64,000 nt of DNA. Source: Lepidodermella squamata. Its lineage: Eukaryota; Animalia; Gastrotricha. The stretch lies in NCBI GenBank assembly GCA_047495785.1, contig JBLDXI010000032.1, forward strand, positions 2,976,001-3,040,000, given 5' to 3'. The notes beneath the pieces were generated by a model. It was not told where the DNA came from, searched no databases, and saw nothing but the letters and a program-made list of their open reading frames with translations. Both the position numbers and the translations under genes were made by a program. Of this stretch, positions 39,200-51,991 are shown one piece after another. Numbering within the stretch: the first letter of the stretch is position 1; each line of letters starts with the position of its first letter.

Positions 39200-39752
39200 A
39201 CCCAATTCGTTTTCGAAGACATTCAATCACAGCGTTATCCTTGTCGATCACAACGCTTAATACTTCCACGTAATTCTTAACACCCTAATGACAGACATGC
39301 CTTCCTATTACCAGCTGAATATTTAAACCGATGCTTTGCTCGATGGACGCCGAGAATCACAATATTTTACTAGCAATCACCTGGAATTGGCGCTCGAGTT
39401 ATTCGAACAACCTGTATGAATTCTCAATCGAGTTTCTGGTCATGCTAGTCACGGCGCTGTTAGGATTGACCAATATAGCACCCATGCTTTGACGCTTTAG
39501 GACATGCTTTACACATTTTTCTTGTTGATTCCGATTGTTATTCCATGGAGTTACGTCGCTAGAATCGGAGCAGTTTTCCGCTATTTGTCGGCTAAATATT
39601 CGTTTCTCCGATGTTGGAACATCAAACATCAGTAACGAATTCTCCCCATCGGTGTCATCTTCAATCGCAATCGCCTTGTCAGCGTCCACGCATAGATTGA
39701 GCGTCGCTCTCAATCATCATCTTGGGCGTATTGTCTGGTTCAAGATTTCTAG
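39200..39752 (+). pseudogene. Decayed 3'-half duplicate of the GPCR
   Basis: Fragmented homology to 38390-39150 and 43960-44716 (SSSIAIALSASTHRLSVALNHHLGR) with deletions and frameshifts. Confidence 0.8.
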
Positions 39753-40249
39753 CAGTTATGTGATAATTATATAATAAAATAGACGTGTACAAAATGGTAT
39801 GTCGTCCCGCATTATCAGCCCGATGTCCGCAGAAAAGTTCTGGCGATGGATTTCGCATGTCTGCACTGAATTCTATTCCGTGGTTCCTGTTGATTGTTGA
39901 TAATAGCTAATAGCGATGTTAATTGACATGTAAGGCCTAATGATCAGCTCTCACTAAGTTCAATCCACCCTTACAGTGACTTGAGATACGGAAACAGATG
40001 GTTTGAGTCTTCTCCTTCTGACGTTGAATATCAAACGTGTGCATTATTGTCATCCTATGGGAACCTATGGGAACTATGGGAAACCACTGAACGTTGGGAG
40101 ATATTGTGCTATGGCCATTATTCCTTGGGGAAAGCGGAAGGCGGAAGGATAAGCCTTATCACTGGCAATTTATACTCGTGTATGAGACATTGTAAACGAT
40201 AATCGATACAAGATCGAACAGTCAGGGTTATAATGAAAGCTCAGAATCA

Positions 40250-40500
40250 AGCCGTGGGGATGGCTGGCCGATGCACCCAAATCGTAGCGTATAATATACC
40301 TGTCAACTCTGTTCAGACGGTGCACGAACGGCGAGGCTCCCGAGTATCTATGCGAAATGTTCGTACATAAAACTGTTGACCCGGACCAACTCGAAGCGTG
40401 TTCAACAACACCCTCGTCGTTCCATGTCTACGATTTCAGCATGGACAGAAAACACTGGCATGCCGAGGTGCATTGCTTTTCAACAATCCGTCTTGGTATT
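40250..40500 (+). mobile_element. Relic 3' end of non-LTR (CR1/L2-like) ORF2
   Basis: Frameshifted LFRRCTNGEAPEYLCEMF.../PTRSVFNNTLVVP...GQKTLACRGALLFNN, the typical C-terminal pattern of CR1/L2 RT proteins. Confidence 0.55.
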
Positions 40501-41034
40501 TGGGATACAGTTGCAAACAGTTGCCGACAGCTGTCATATCTCGAACTGTTAAGTATAATTTAAGTAGCCATAAAGCCCAGAAGAGACCGTGACACACCAG
40601 TTTTAACGTTTCCAATGACTTAGGCTGTAAACCCCCATTTACATCTGTTGGTCAGCCACTGAGGCAAACAAGGTGTAACAAATTTAATTGATCGCGCTCC
40701 CAAATTGCCGTGCCGTAGCCATAATGACTGTCGATTGACCAATGAGCGTGCGCTATAGAAAAATAATTTCAAGTGGTTCCGTAATGGCGCTTTGATTGGC
40801 CTCCATTGATTGGCATCAGTTTCAGACCTAGTCAGAGACGTCTGACTAGTCGTGACCTGTTCTGGTTTTAAAGGAATTTTCAACTCATATTGCGACAAGT
40901 TGAGCAGTTCACGCTCGAACGAATATCAGCAAGCCCATCATTGGGCTCTGAGTATTGTACCATGCCCGTGTCATTCATCGCTCTGCCATTAAGTTATAAT
41001 CTGTCAAATAAGTGTCTGAAAAGATCTGGAAATA

Positions 41035-41207
41035 CAGTAGTTTTGCGTTAAGCCGGACACAACCCGCGCCAGACAATTTTGTCCGGCTAATTGCAAGTCC
41101 GGCTTAACGCAACTTTTTGTGCATGAAGTCCTCGGTACGAGCCAACTAAGTTGTCCGTATTAACGCAAGTCCGGCTTACTATCGTCCGGCTTAACGCAAA
41201 ACTACTG
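41035..41207. mobile_element. Tc1/pogo-type MITE
   Basis: TA|CAGTAGTTTTGCGTTAAGCCGGAC ... GTCCGGCTTAACGCAAAACTACTG|TA. Confidence 0.88.
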
Positions 41208-42478
41208 TACTAATGGATCTGCTAAGTAGTACAGGGTGGGATATGACGCTGATTACAGACTTCAGACTTCTGAATTTCTTTATAGCGTAGCAATGCATAC
41301 CAGACTATAATATAGGTTAAGTCAATCTTGAAAATAAAATCACCCACTCAAGCTATGTCTGTGAGCTCACTACGAACGCAATGCTCTTTCGTTGATAAAA
41401 TTACGCTACATGGGATCCTAATTAAGCTTGATTAGCTTCGTCGGGTTTGCAACATTCACGCTTAGTCGACAGAGTATAGATAAAATCAACCTTTCAATAT
41501 TACGGTAAAGGAATTATTCAAATGTAATATATGTATAATTTACGACTTACAGCGATAACCTATTTGTGCTATTAGCAAGTGGCTTGATCTAAATATAATA
41601 TTGATTTTAACTGATTCCGTGTCGGGCCATTATCAACAATGAGCAACTGACTTTTTTGCTCTCAATTCAGAATGGCAAAAGACATCAACAGTAGAATTCT
41701 GTGATATAAATCTCAGAAATTTGTACATCTAAAATGCTATCAGATTTGCTGTAAAATCCACATTTGATGGCTGCTGAAGCTAAAACTATAAAGAGCTTTA
41801 GTTAAACGGTTCAACTTCTGTTTCTTGTTTTATTTCTTCAGCATATTTAGCACTTCGTACCCCGAGGAATAGCTTCAGATTATGTTGTTAACTGAATCAG
41901 TCACCAACAAAAGGTCCATCTTAATTGATTTGACACATAGCACATGGCCTCGGATTAGACTATTCGGATTTCTAGATAATCTTTTAAATAATTCGGAGAA
42001 ATGGCCTATACTTACACCGATCCAGTAAAACTTTGAACAGGTACAAGTTTGAACATTTCACGCAAATCAGCTTTTCTCTGAAACCATGGGGATCTATACC
42101 ACTTGGGTATTTTACTGAATACAGATATATTTGTGATCTAACATTTAGCCAAGTTTCATCAACACAGCCCCCCACGGTCTTTCCCTTAAAAATTCTCGAA
42201 AAAAACGACGAATCTATGAAATTCCTCTCCAAAGAGTTGAAACTCCTATTGGAAACTTGAAGTTTTAATTCTTCGAGTGTGCTATTTGCACCCGCGTGTG
42301 CAAATCGGATGCACCCGCGTGTGGGTGCAAATAGCAAGTTGCTAGCTACACACTAAGGGTGCAACCATTTTGCTCGCTACACCCTATACAAACAATAAGG
42401 AATTAGGAAAAAGCCGGCTGTCGGTGCGACGAGGTGTACAGCACGCTAAGGTCAAATGCAAGCTCGCGAGATTACGCA

Positions 42479-42786
42479 CCGTCAACTGGGGTCACTTTGA
42501 CATGCTAAAATGGGGGGATTTGGCATACCAAAAATCGCATTAACACAACCTATTCTGGGACATATAATGGGTAAAGTTGCGGCATTTTTTGTTAATTTCT
42601 ATATTAATTAGAAACTATATTAATTGAAACTTCGGTGATGGCTCAACCGAAGCCGCCATCAAAATAGAGATCATACGCAAAATTTCGGGTATTTACCTTG
42701 CCACCTTCGATTTTTGGCATGCTTAGTCACCTTATTTTGGCATGTCCAAGTGACCCCTCTGCCCAAAGTCACCCCAGTTGCGACGG
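42479..42786. mobile_element. Mariner-like MITE (imperfect TIRs)
   Basis: CCGTCAACTGGGGTCACTTTG ... CAAAGTCACCCCAGTTGCGACGG. Confidence 0.65.
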
Positions 42787-43285
42787 TAGGTCACCCTAGT
42801 TGGGAACATCGGCCTGAGTAGGACGCCCGGAAGTGGTATAGCCGGCCTTGAAGTTGATGACTTACGCGTAGCGAGCAAATTCTATGCACCCAGCGCGCGC
42901 TGGTGTAGCTATAGCGATGACCTTAATTCTTTTGCCGATGTTCGTCAAATTTCATTATGGGACAAGAAATTGATGAAATTTCAAGGTGAAACGATTAGTT
43001 TAAGTTGATTCATTAGTTTTATCTAATTAGTTACCGTAAATAATTTCTGCTCAAAATTTGTTTGTAAATAGATTTATCTCAATCTAATAAAGTGCCCTCG
43101 AGGATACGGATGGGTGCCTGACCGTGTCCATCTAATTTTGTCACAGCGTTACATTTCGCACTATGCGTCATTGTAGTCAATAGTTGTCTTCAGAAATAAA
43201 GCCGACAATTCGCCCCCTTACGCTTTTAAAGTTAATATTTTCCTAGATTTCAGGATCTTAAAATCTTACCCTCGGACCGCTCTAC

Positions 43286-44716
43286 ATGGTGTACAAAGCA
43301 GTTGCAGAAATTGTAACCTTGATCGTAGCGATTCTCGCTAATTCCTTCGCCATGGAAGGCGTACTCAAAGGCGAAATTCGTCAGCGAAACTACAGGTGCT
43401 TCCTCGCTGGCGCACTAGCCTCAGGGATCTACATTTGCGGCATGAGGGCTTTATCTCTGCTGAGAGCTACTTCATTCTCGTTCTTCGAGGTCGATTCGCA
43501 ACTGAACAAATGCGCACATAGGTTAGAACACAGCTTGGAAATGGCTGGCTATCTGTCTTTTCTGCTCAACCTTTGCGGCATGTTTTTCGACCACTTTCTA
43601 GGCATTGTAAGCTTTACATTCCTGTGATTTTTGATATTTTATCATATGCATGTTGCTCCAGGTGCATCCTCACCAATATAAGATAACCATGGATAACTTT
43701 CTCGTCAAAAAGGCTCCACTTTTGATAGCGGTGGGAGCGATTGCAATTGGTGAGCAACTTCCAACTTTCATCAAGGCCTAGAAATAAGATGACTTTACTA
43801 ATTATTAGCGTTGCTGGATTACACGATAATCGCCGTGTTACTACCTCAAGCTAAACTGGTAATTCCGCAGCCTGGTGTCCTGAAATCGATGGCGATTGAA
43901 TTCACTAACTGTGACGAGTCAGCATTGGAAATGGGCGGAGCTCAACTTCAACAGCCCAATTCTTTTTCGAAGACATTCAATCTCGGCGTTTTCCTTGTCG
44001 ATCTAAACAACGCCTCATCTTTCCACGGAATTTTGAACACCCTAATGACAGACATGCCTGAATCCTGCCAGCTGAATACTTCAGCAGATGCTTTGCTCGA
44101 CATTTACTTGTCTGCTTTGATGGATAACGAGGACCATAACATTTCAATCTCAAGCGGCTGGAATTGGTGCTCCAGTTATTCCAACAATCTTTACGAATAC
44201 TCGTTCGAACTCCTGGTAATGGTTGTCACGATACTAGTCTTGGCATTCATCGTAGTGTGCCACTGCACCTTTCGCCGAGTCATCAACCGGTCGAACGGGC
44301 GGACTAAAGAAAAGGTGGCTAAATTGAACACAACAGCAGCAATTCTGTTGTCTGCTTTCACCGTATGCTGGGTCCCATTTGTTGTCCACGAATTTACCAT
44401 GGCCTTCCTAGTACAGCAGATCACCGATTCGAGTCACTTCAGTTCTCACGCCATGACACTTCAAAATGTGCTTTACACTTTTTTCCTGTCAATTCCTATC
44501 GTCATTCCGGTGATTTATGTCGCGAGAATCGGAGCAATTTTCCGTTATTTATCGGGAAAATATTCGTTTCTCCGATGTCGGGACATAAGTGGCGAATTAG
44601 CCACGCCGGTGTCATCATCAATTGCAATCCCCTTGTCGGCGTCCACGCATAGATTAAGCGTCGCTCTCAATCTACATCTTGGGCGTATAGACGGTCGACT
44701 GGTCCAAGTTTTCTAG
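43286..44716 (+). CDS. Orphan GPCR (DHF family) 2
   Basis: Close paralog of 37722-39148 with the same 3-exon structure. Confidence 0.85.
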
Positions 44717-45549
44717 TAAATTTTGTGATAATTTCATAATAAAAAATATCCGCCTACTGTCCGTGCGTCTGCCTATTCAATGGCATTTTCCTCCAATTTA
44801 CCTGCCCGATGTCCCGCAGCAAGTTTCTGCCGAGTAATTTCGCCCGTCTGTACTAAATAATTTCGTAGTTCATGTCAGACAGAAGACTGAAGTGTCAGGA
44901 CATTTTGTCGTGATATGATGCAAGTTATATCTCTCCTCTGTCTCACTTTGCAACTGCCGCTTTTTCATTATGATCTTTGGCTTTTTGGTCCGGAATCCTA
45001 CACTTTCCTCCTAGAAATGCCAGCAAAATCACGGTTCAAAGAGTAAAGTTATAACAAATCTGCAGGCGGGAAAAGTAGCATAATTAGCCACGAGCTTTCG
45101 TCCAGTTTGAAGTTCAAAAAACTTTCCAACCTTATTCGGCCTGAATAGGATTGCACACGATAAGCGACAGCTGAGTCGCAAGAAAAGAAAACGAATTCAA
45201 AATTGCGAGTAATTTTATGGAAAATCGAAACCAGGGGGCAAATAAGACAGAAGCCATAAGAGCGGGTGCATTTCACGCTTGGCTGCTCGCTGTGCTTTAT
45301 TTGTATAAGAATCTGATAATTTAGATGACGCTGTTTATATATATATGAGGAAATGCCGCCCGAGTGAACCGCGACTTCATATATTGAACTACAGTCTATC
45401 AACATTTTTTATAATATTTTAAAGAAAGCCATATAAATCTTTTAAAACTAAACAACATCAGGATAGCTGCTTTTCTAGGTTGTATTTCAAGAGTAATAGG
45501 ATGGCCGCTTTCCAAGAACTTTCAAACAGTGTCAAACTAAGCCTGAAAG

Positions 45550-47918
45550 ATGAGCTTTATGACGGCTGTTGAGGTTTTGACTCTCGTGGCAGCCGTCCTA
45601 TGCAATGGTTTCGCCATGTATGGAGTCGTGAAAGGCAACATAACGCTGAAAAATTACAGGCGATTCCTCATCAGCCTTCTTGCGTCGGGAATTTACGTTT
45701 GCACCATCCGAGCCGCCTTTCTTACCCGAACAGCCGTAGTCTACGTTTTGGACGTAGATTCAGGTGTCAATAAATGCATTCACAAGTTTGAACACAGTCT
45801 GGAAATGACAGGCTTCATCTCGTACCTGCTCAACCTCTGCGGAATGTTTCTGGACCATCTGCTAGGAATAGTTAGTACAAACGAGCTCAATAACTTCGCT
45901 TTAATGATAATTTCCCTAATTTCAGGTCTACCCGCATAGATACAGAAAAGTCATGGACAAATTTGTTGTGAAAAGAGCGGTTGTCTTCATTTGGATTGGC
46001 ATGTTGATTCTAGGTAAGCATTGTTTTTAGAAACCAGAGAAGTCACTTTTTCAAGTCGTTGGGTCATTATTTTTCAAACCGCCAAATGAATCATCGAGGG
46101 GATCACCAAAATTCGACCCTATTTGCTTGACGGAATCTTGTTCAGCACCTTCGCAGTTCGCAGAGCCCAAAATTTCCAAACCAACTCGGAGGTTACATTT
46201 TCAATTTTAATTTTACGGGGATATCGAAAAATCGAAAATCATGTATACGGAAAACGGGCAAAATATATATAATAACCAGTAAGTGCCCAGGGGAATGTTG
46301 ATCCGGCCCTGAACCAGATTCCGTCATGCAAATGAGGTCAAATTGTTTGGTAATCATTCTTCATCTGATGATTCATATGACGGTCTGAAAACTTATAACC
46401 CTGTTGAATCAATAAATTTTTCGAAGCATTGTTTACTTTTTGAAATTTGATATGCAAATTCTCATTTTTTCGGGTAAGCCATTATTATATACTAGAAATT
46501 TTGAACTATTATTTGGGCCTTGTGCAAAAAATAGCGCCAAGTTTTCTCGGGCCCTAACATACATAAAGTACGAATGACAATTTGTTTGCCTCGCATGAGG
46601 AATTTTTTGGGGCGGGTTTCGCCAGCCGATAGATCTAGTCCTGTTGTAAAATTTCCTAAAATCCGCGTTAAATTGGGATAAAATTTCTGAAATTGGTGAC
46701 TAAAATGCTTCTTGTGGTTTTTGGTGAGAAAGTTCATTTTTGAAAAACCCGCCCCAAAAAATTCCTCATGGTTACGGAGTTATAAAAAAATGCGAAGCAA
46801 AAAATTATCATTCGCACTTCAGCTTTTGACTTCTGACAATTTATAGAAAAATCCCATAAAATTTCAAATTTTGAAATGAATTATCCACAATTTTATTCAT
46901 CCATTAAAATAACGCCCCTCGATTTCAGTTCTCAAAAATGGAAGCTCAAATGTGATAGCTCTCCAAAGACGAGGGGAACAGTGGGCGTATTTGGAAGTGG
47001 GTTAAACGAGCCTTTCCAATTTACCAATTTTCCCAATTTCTTTCAGCAACTTTGGATTTCGCGTTGTTTTCAATACTCCTTCCTCGGCTAATGGAAGTAG
47101 CCCCAGTCCTTAAATCGAACGAAAATCCCAAAACTATCGCTGTAACATACTCCAACTGCGCAGTTGAAACGCTGGTAAGTACTAACCTTGGGACCTCGAA
47201 TCGCGATCAGCCATTGTTTGTGAACGACTTCGCAACCGGCGTAATCCACCTCAACCCTAACGATGCCCAGGCGATACATAACCTCCTCAGTACAGTGACA
47301 AAGACATTGGATTGCCGTCTCAATGTTTCAACAGACGTTCTACTAGACCTTTACATCAACAGTTTGATGGCTACATCAGAAGTTTCGGTTAAAAGCTCAT
47401 CTTCATGGTCGTGGTGTTCCTACTTCGAAGGGTCCTTAGACAAATCAACCGACTATCTCGTGCTGTTCCTAACTATAGCTTCCATGATTTTTATCGCAAC
47501 GTGCTACTTGACCTTTCTTCGAGCCGCTAATCAATCAACTGGAAGAGCTAAACGGCAAATCAATAGGCTGCTAGTTACTACAGCAACACTAATGCTGACC
47601 TTCAGCATATGCTGGGTGCCTTTTGTTGGCCTAGAATTGTCGATGGCCTACTTTGTCAAGACACATATCGACGAATCAAATTTCATCGCATTTCACCCGG
47701 CTTTTTTGATACTACACAACATTTTGTACACGCTGTTCTTGTGCTCACCTATCGTAGTACCACTGGTATATGTCACGCGAATCACGGCTGTTCGCGACTG
47801 TCTGGCGAAGAGATACTCATTTTTCGTAACTTTAAATCGAATCAAACGGCCGAATAATCAGCAGCTAATACATTCTGCTGTGGGGGTCGTCTCATCATCG
47901 TCGCATGTGAAAAACTAA
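45550..47918 (+). CDS. Orphan GPCR (DHF family) 3
   Basis: FLDHLLGI|VYPHRY, CWVPF, SPIVVPLVY; 1-kb repeat-filled intron 2. Confidence 0.85.
46070..46392. repeat. Degenerate long inverted repeat (old MITE) in GPCR3 intron; a second IR at ~46594-46770
   Basis: TTGCTTGACGGAATCTTGTTCAG vs CTGAACCAGATTCCGTCATGCAA; CATGAGGAATTTTTTGGGGCGGG vs CCCGCCCCAAAAAATTCCTCATG. Confidence 0.6.
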
Positions 47919-48189
47919 TGAAATAATAATATCACTTTATTAACTACAACATGCACTTGACGCCTCAAATAAAAATTGTCATTTTTTTATCAGTACGGCG
48001 TGTTTTTTCGAAATATTAGCTCCTACTAAATAAATGTTTTTTTTCTGCCCGCGACGGGGATTTCCCAGCGGATTAGTACGGTAATTCATCTTCGCAATTA
48101 TCGGGGATAAATTTCCTAAAAAAAGAGGTACTCAGGCAGTTGTGCAACTTTTAAGCCGCATCAACATCAGCGAAAAATCTACAAATTTA

Positions 48190-49846
48190 ATGCTTCACAT
48201 CAGCATAGTTGATTTAGTCATACTAGCCGCGGCGCTGGCTGCTAACTGCCTAGCTCTCGACGGAGCTATTCGCGCTAACATTCGGCTGCCAAACTACCGG
48301 CGATTTCTAAAAAGCCTCCTGGTCAGTGGCATATTCCTATGTTCACTAAAATTTGTTTTCCTAACGCTGGAGGCGATACTTGAAAACGGCAATTTCGAGT
48401 TTTATTCAATCAAATGCGCGTTTCAAGTTCAACGAAGCTTGGAAATGATCGGCCTCATGACGCTGTTGCTTAGCAACGCGGGCATTTTCTTCGATCATTT
48501 CATCGCCCTTGTAAGTTTTTCTGTTAATTTTTTAAATTTAATTGAAAAATTTGTAAAATTTCAAGGTTTATCCGCATCGTTATAAATTCATAGCTAATAA
48601 TCCTGTACTAAAATTGGCAGTTTTCTTTCAATGGGCTATCGCAATAGGAATAGGTAAGGCGCTGCCTATCTTTTCAAATTCAAATTGAGCTTTTTTTCTC
48701 TTTAGTCTTGGCTGATCACAGTCTATCGACTGTTTTAGCTTTTCTTAACGCTTCCGAGTCAGAATCGAACGATGCTATAACTTCTGAAGTCGAGCGGCTT
48801 CTACAACCGACGGAGAATAAAACCGACCTTATCATTGAATCGCCTCGAAATCGCGACAATGTAATGAACCCTGACTTGGCTTTCGCGATTCAAAGCGCGT
48901 ATTCAAACTCATTCGACCGAAACGGAGCATCTGAGTATAATTAATTTCGGTGTTCAAGTATCAATTTAATTTGATTATTTTCAGCAGCAGTGATTCAGAT
49001 TTGAGCGTTTCGTTAGACGCACTCATGGACATTTCCATGGGGCTTATGGACGATATTCAGGCGAATAATAGCGGCCCGTCGATTGAAAATCGTATATCTA
49101 GGGTCGAGTCGGCTGTTTGCACGTATTTCAACCGAAAATTTCATTTATCGCTGGAACTTCTCCTGATAATTCTCATGATTTTATCGGTTATTTTCATGTC
49201 AATATGCCAAATCACTTTCGCGAAGGTTGGTTTTTTCAATATATTATTTTTGGAATCTTCGCCTATTTATTTTTTTGCTCAGGTGATGAAGACTAAAATG
49301 GGCACAACACGGCAGAAGTTGCAGAAAATCAATATCACCAGCTTTTTCTTGTTGGGAACGTTCGGTGTTTGGTAAGACACAGGATTATATCGTCTCGCCT
49401 TATTTTCGTACCCCAAAATGGGATAATTTTAATATAGCTGGCTTCCTTTCATGACGAACGAGATTATCATGGCGTTTGTCGTACCCTTCATCCAGCGTCG
49501 GACTAACAACGAGGAGAGCATAGTGCCAAAAAGCGAACTCTTCGCCTTTCATAACGTCCTATATGGGCTATTTAAGACAACACCGCTCATCGTGCCGCTT
49601 GTACTCATCGGACGTATCGGGTCAATTAAAAAGTGATAATTTTGACGAATTTAATTAACCAAATGTCTTAAAGTTTTCCATCACAGACATGTCATGTCTA
49701 GGTTCAGGTGCAGGAAGCCTGCCGAAACTGTAGACGCGCCGCAGCCGAAAAAAGAAGCCAAACCTTTTATTCGGCCTTTTGAATTGCCTAGCAAGGTTAA
49801 TGGAGAAACGAGTAACATCAATACTCATGCTTCCTCTGAAAAATAA
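48190..49846 (+). CDS. Orphan GPCR (DHF family) 4
   Basis: FFDHFIAL|VYPHRY, C|WLPF, TPLIVPLV; about 7 exons. Confidence 0.8.
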
Positions 49847-51991
49847 CAGTATAATAATGTATTTTCAGCCCGAGTTATTGCGTGTAATAAAAATGAGCAT
49901 TTTTTTATATTACCTAATAATCAATGTCCAAGGCGAGGGTAACAATAAAACCTTTGATGCCCGGCGACTATGATTTATAGCGAAAAGCAACATTAATTAT
50001 CTCATCGATATCTCTGTTGGCGATCACATCGATTTGCAAGCTGCTTAATTCAGATGAATTATAGATGGCGACCGCGGCGGCACCATACCTTTCCTGTTTT
50101 ATGTCGATATTTAGCCGCTTTTTTTATACTCCAAGCTTTTATGCTTATGAATCAAATTTTATTAGCTACGTGGTAATTATTTAGTTGCGGCATTTAATTC
50201 ACCGGCTGTTTCATTCCTTTTAACTATGCGATCAAAATTATGCCTTATAATCCGATTTATAGATGGATCCAACGCTGTGCAGAGGTGTCCTGGGCGCGAC
50301 AAGGGTCCTTTTACATGCGATTAAATGAAGGCTCTTGAATTACGATCAGCTGATGATCGCGATGATTATTTCTTTCCAGTAAATTGCAATTATGCAGCCA
50401 TTTTAATCCGATGTGGCCTTATTCGGGTGTACAGGAAAAGCACAGACAAGACGATAACTCTAAACCGTAGCGAAATTCAAGCTTTCTTCATCTTAAAATC
50501 CTCTTATTTTCGCTAGAATTCGAAACTTTTACGGACATGTTTTTCATTTGTTTTCAAGGTTCTCCGGTCGCTATATTATATTTACTAGCATAAGCCCTTG
50601 TTGTCGAACCTGGGGGTTAATTTTCTAATGGTGTTTTAATCAACGTTTTATCTCAAAAGCGTTAGTATCCGCGCTTCTCACGTGAGTTTCTCCCACTTTC
50701 GAGCAGCACTAATCGACGCCTCTTCGAGTGACTAGTGATCGGATTCAAAAATACATCACAGAAATTAGTGTTTGTCATCGATAGCAACGGCTTCTGCTAG
50801 ATTTTCTTGCCAAAAGACACCGCACTTTTTGATATAAACACCCCCGCCTTTCGTTGAACGTATTACAAGGCGGCGGCAAGGTGTCACACCTCGAATGCTC
50901 GTCTATTTTGTTATTTTTTCATTAGTTCAATAGCAAGAAATCAGCTATTTAGTCATTAAACCGAGAAAAAAGGTTGACAAAATGACTTTGCGGTTGACAT
51001 TATCGCGACCATCAAAAGGCCTATACATACAAGTTGTCTATATTGTCTGAAAAAAACCTATTTACAAACCCCCGTTGCCCAGCCAGCGCTTTACCCTACC
51101 CCAGATAGCAAATTTATAGCATAAAGCCAATCAGAATATTGGAATGATCAATGTTCCCTCCACAAGTATTCTCTAGCGGCCAAAAGTATTGTTGTAAAAT
51201 ACCACATTCAATGATGGTGACAAAATATGACGATGAATTTTCATACGTCACTTTCGTTTTGAATGACTACGGAAAAGAATTATTTATAACTGGAGTAAAA
51301 AACTCAATAACTCCATTAGCTCGAGTTCTTTCTCACTGTTAATATTATTGATATATATTATCGGTATTTCGGTGCGCTACATACACTGAGTTTGTTTGCT
51401 TAACTCACGGCTTTTTTGCAGAATAAATGCGCATCCAACTTAATAACTTGCTTCTATGATGTTATTTTTCACCTTGATTCCGCAGATGATGTGGATATTA
51501 TATAGGTATAGAGTATAGAGATCTCATCTCATTTATTATAATAAACAGATGTGTGCACGGTGATTTTATTCGTCCGAATTTCGGCGCGCGCGCGCTAATT
51601 TAGTTAGATTTGTTATATTACTCTGCTCACGAAAACTGAGACATTTTGTTTAATTTTTCGGTTTTCCCTCGCGGGTTGAGTGGGCTGTATGGACTCCTTG
51701 TTCAAAATGCTAAGCAAAATTTGGCGGATGTTGAATAATATCGCGAATTCCCACCGTGTTCAGTTTCCGCTTCCTGATCTTTGTTATTTTTATACCTAAA
51801 AACATTTGACTGCGAATTACACGGTGACATAGGACAGCATTCTTAAGATTATAAATTTTTTATATAATATTTCTAACGCTGAAAATACGAGTAATATGTC
51901 CTTATATTATATTCGCATTCACGGACTCCTTATAGGAATTTAATAAGCTAAATGTGGCTGCCTAAAAAGTAGCGTGTGGGCCAATAATTTG

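Noticed and set aside
42280-42336. Short palindrome TGCTATTTGCACCC...GGGTGCAAATAGCA
   Set aside because: Most likely a collapsed MITE remnant; no evidence for an ncRNA.
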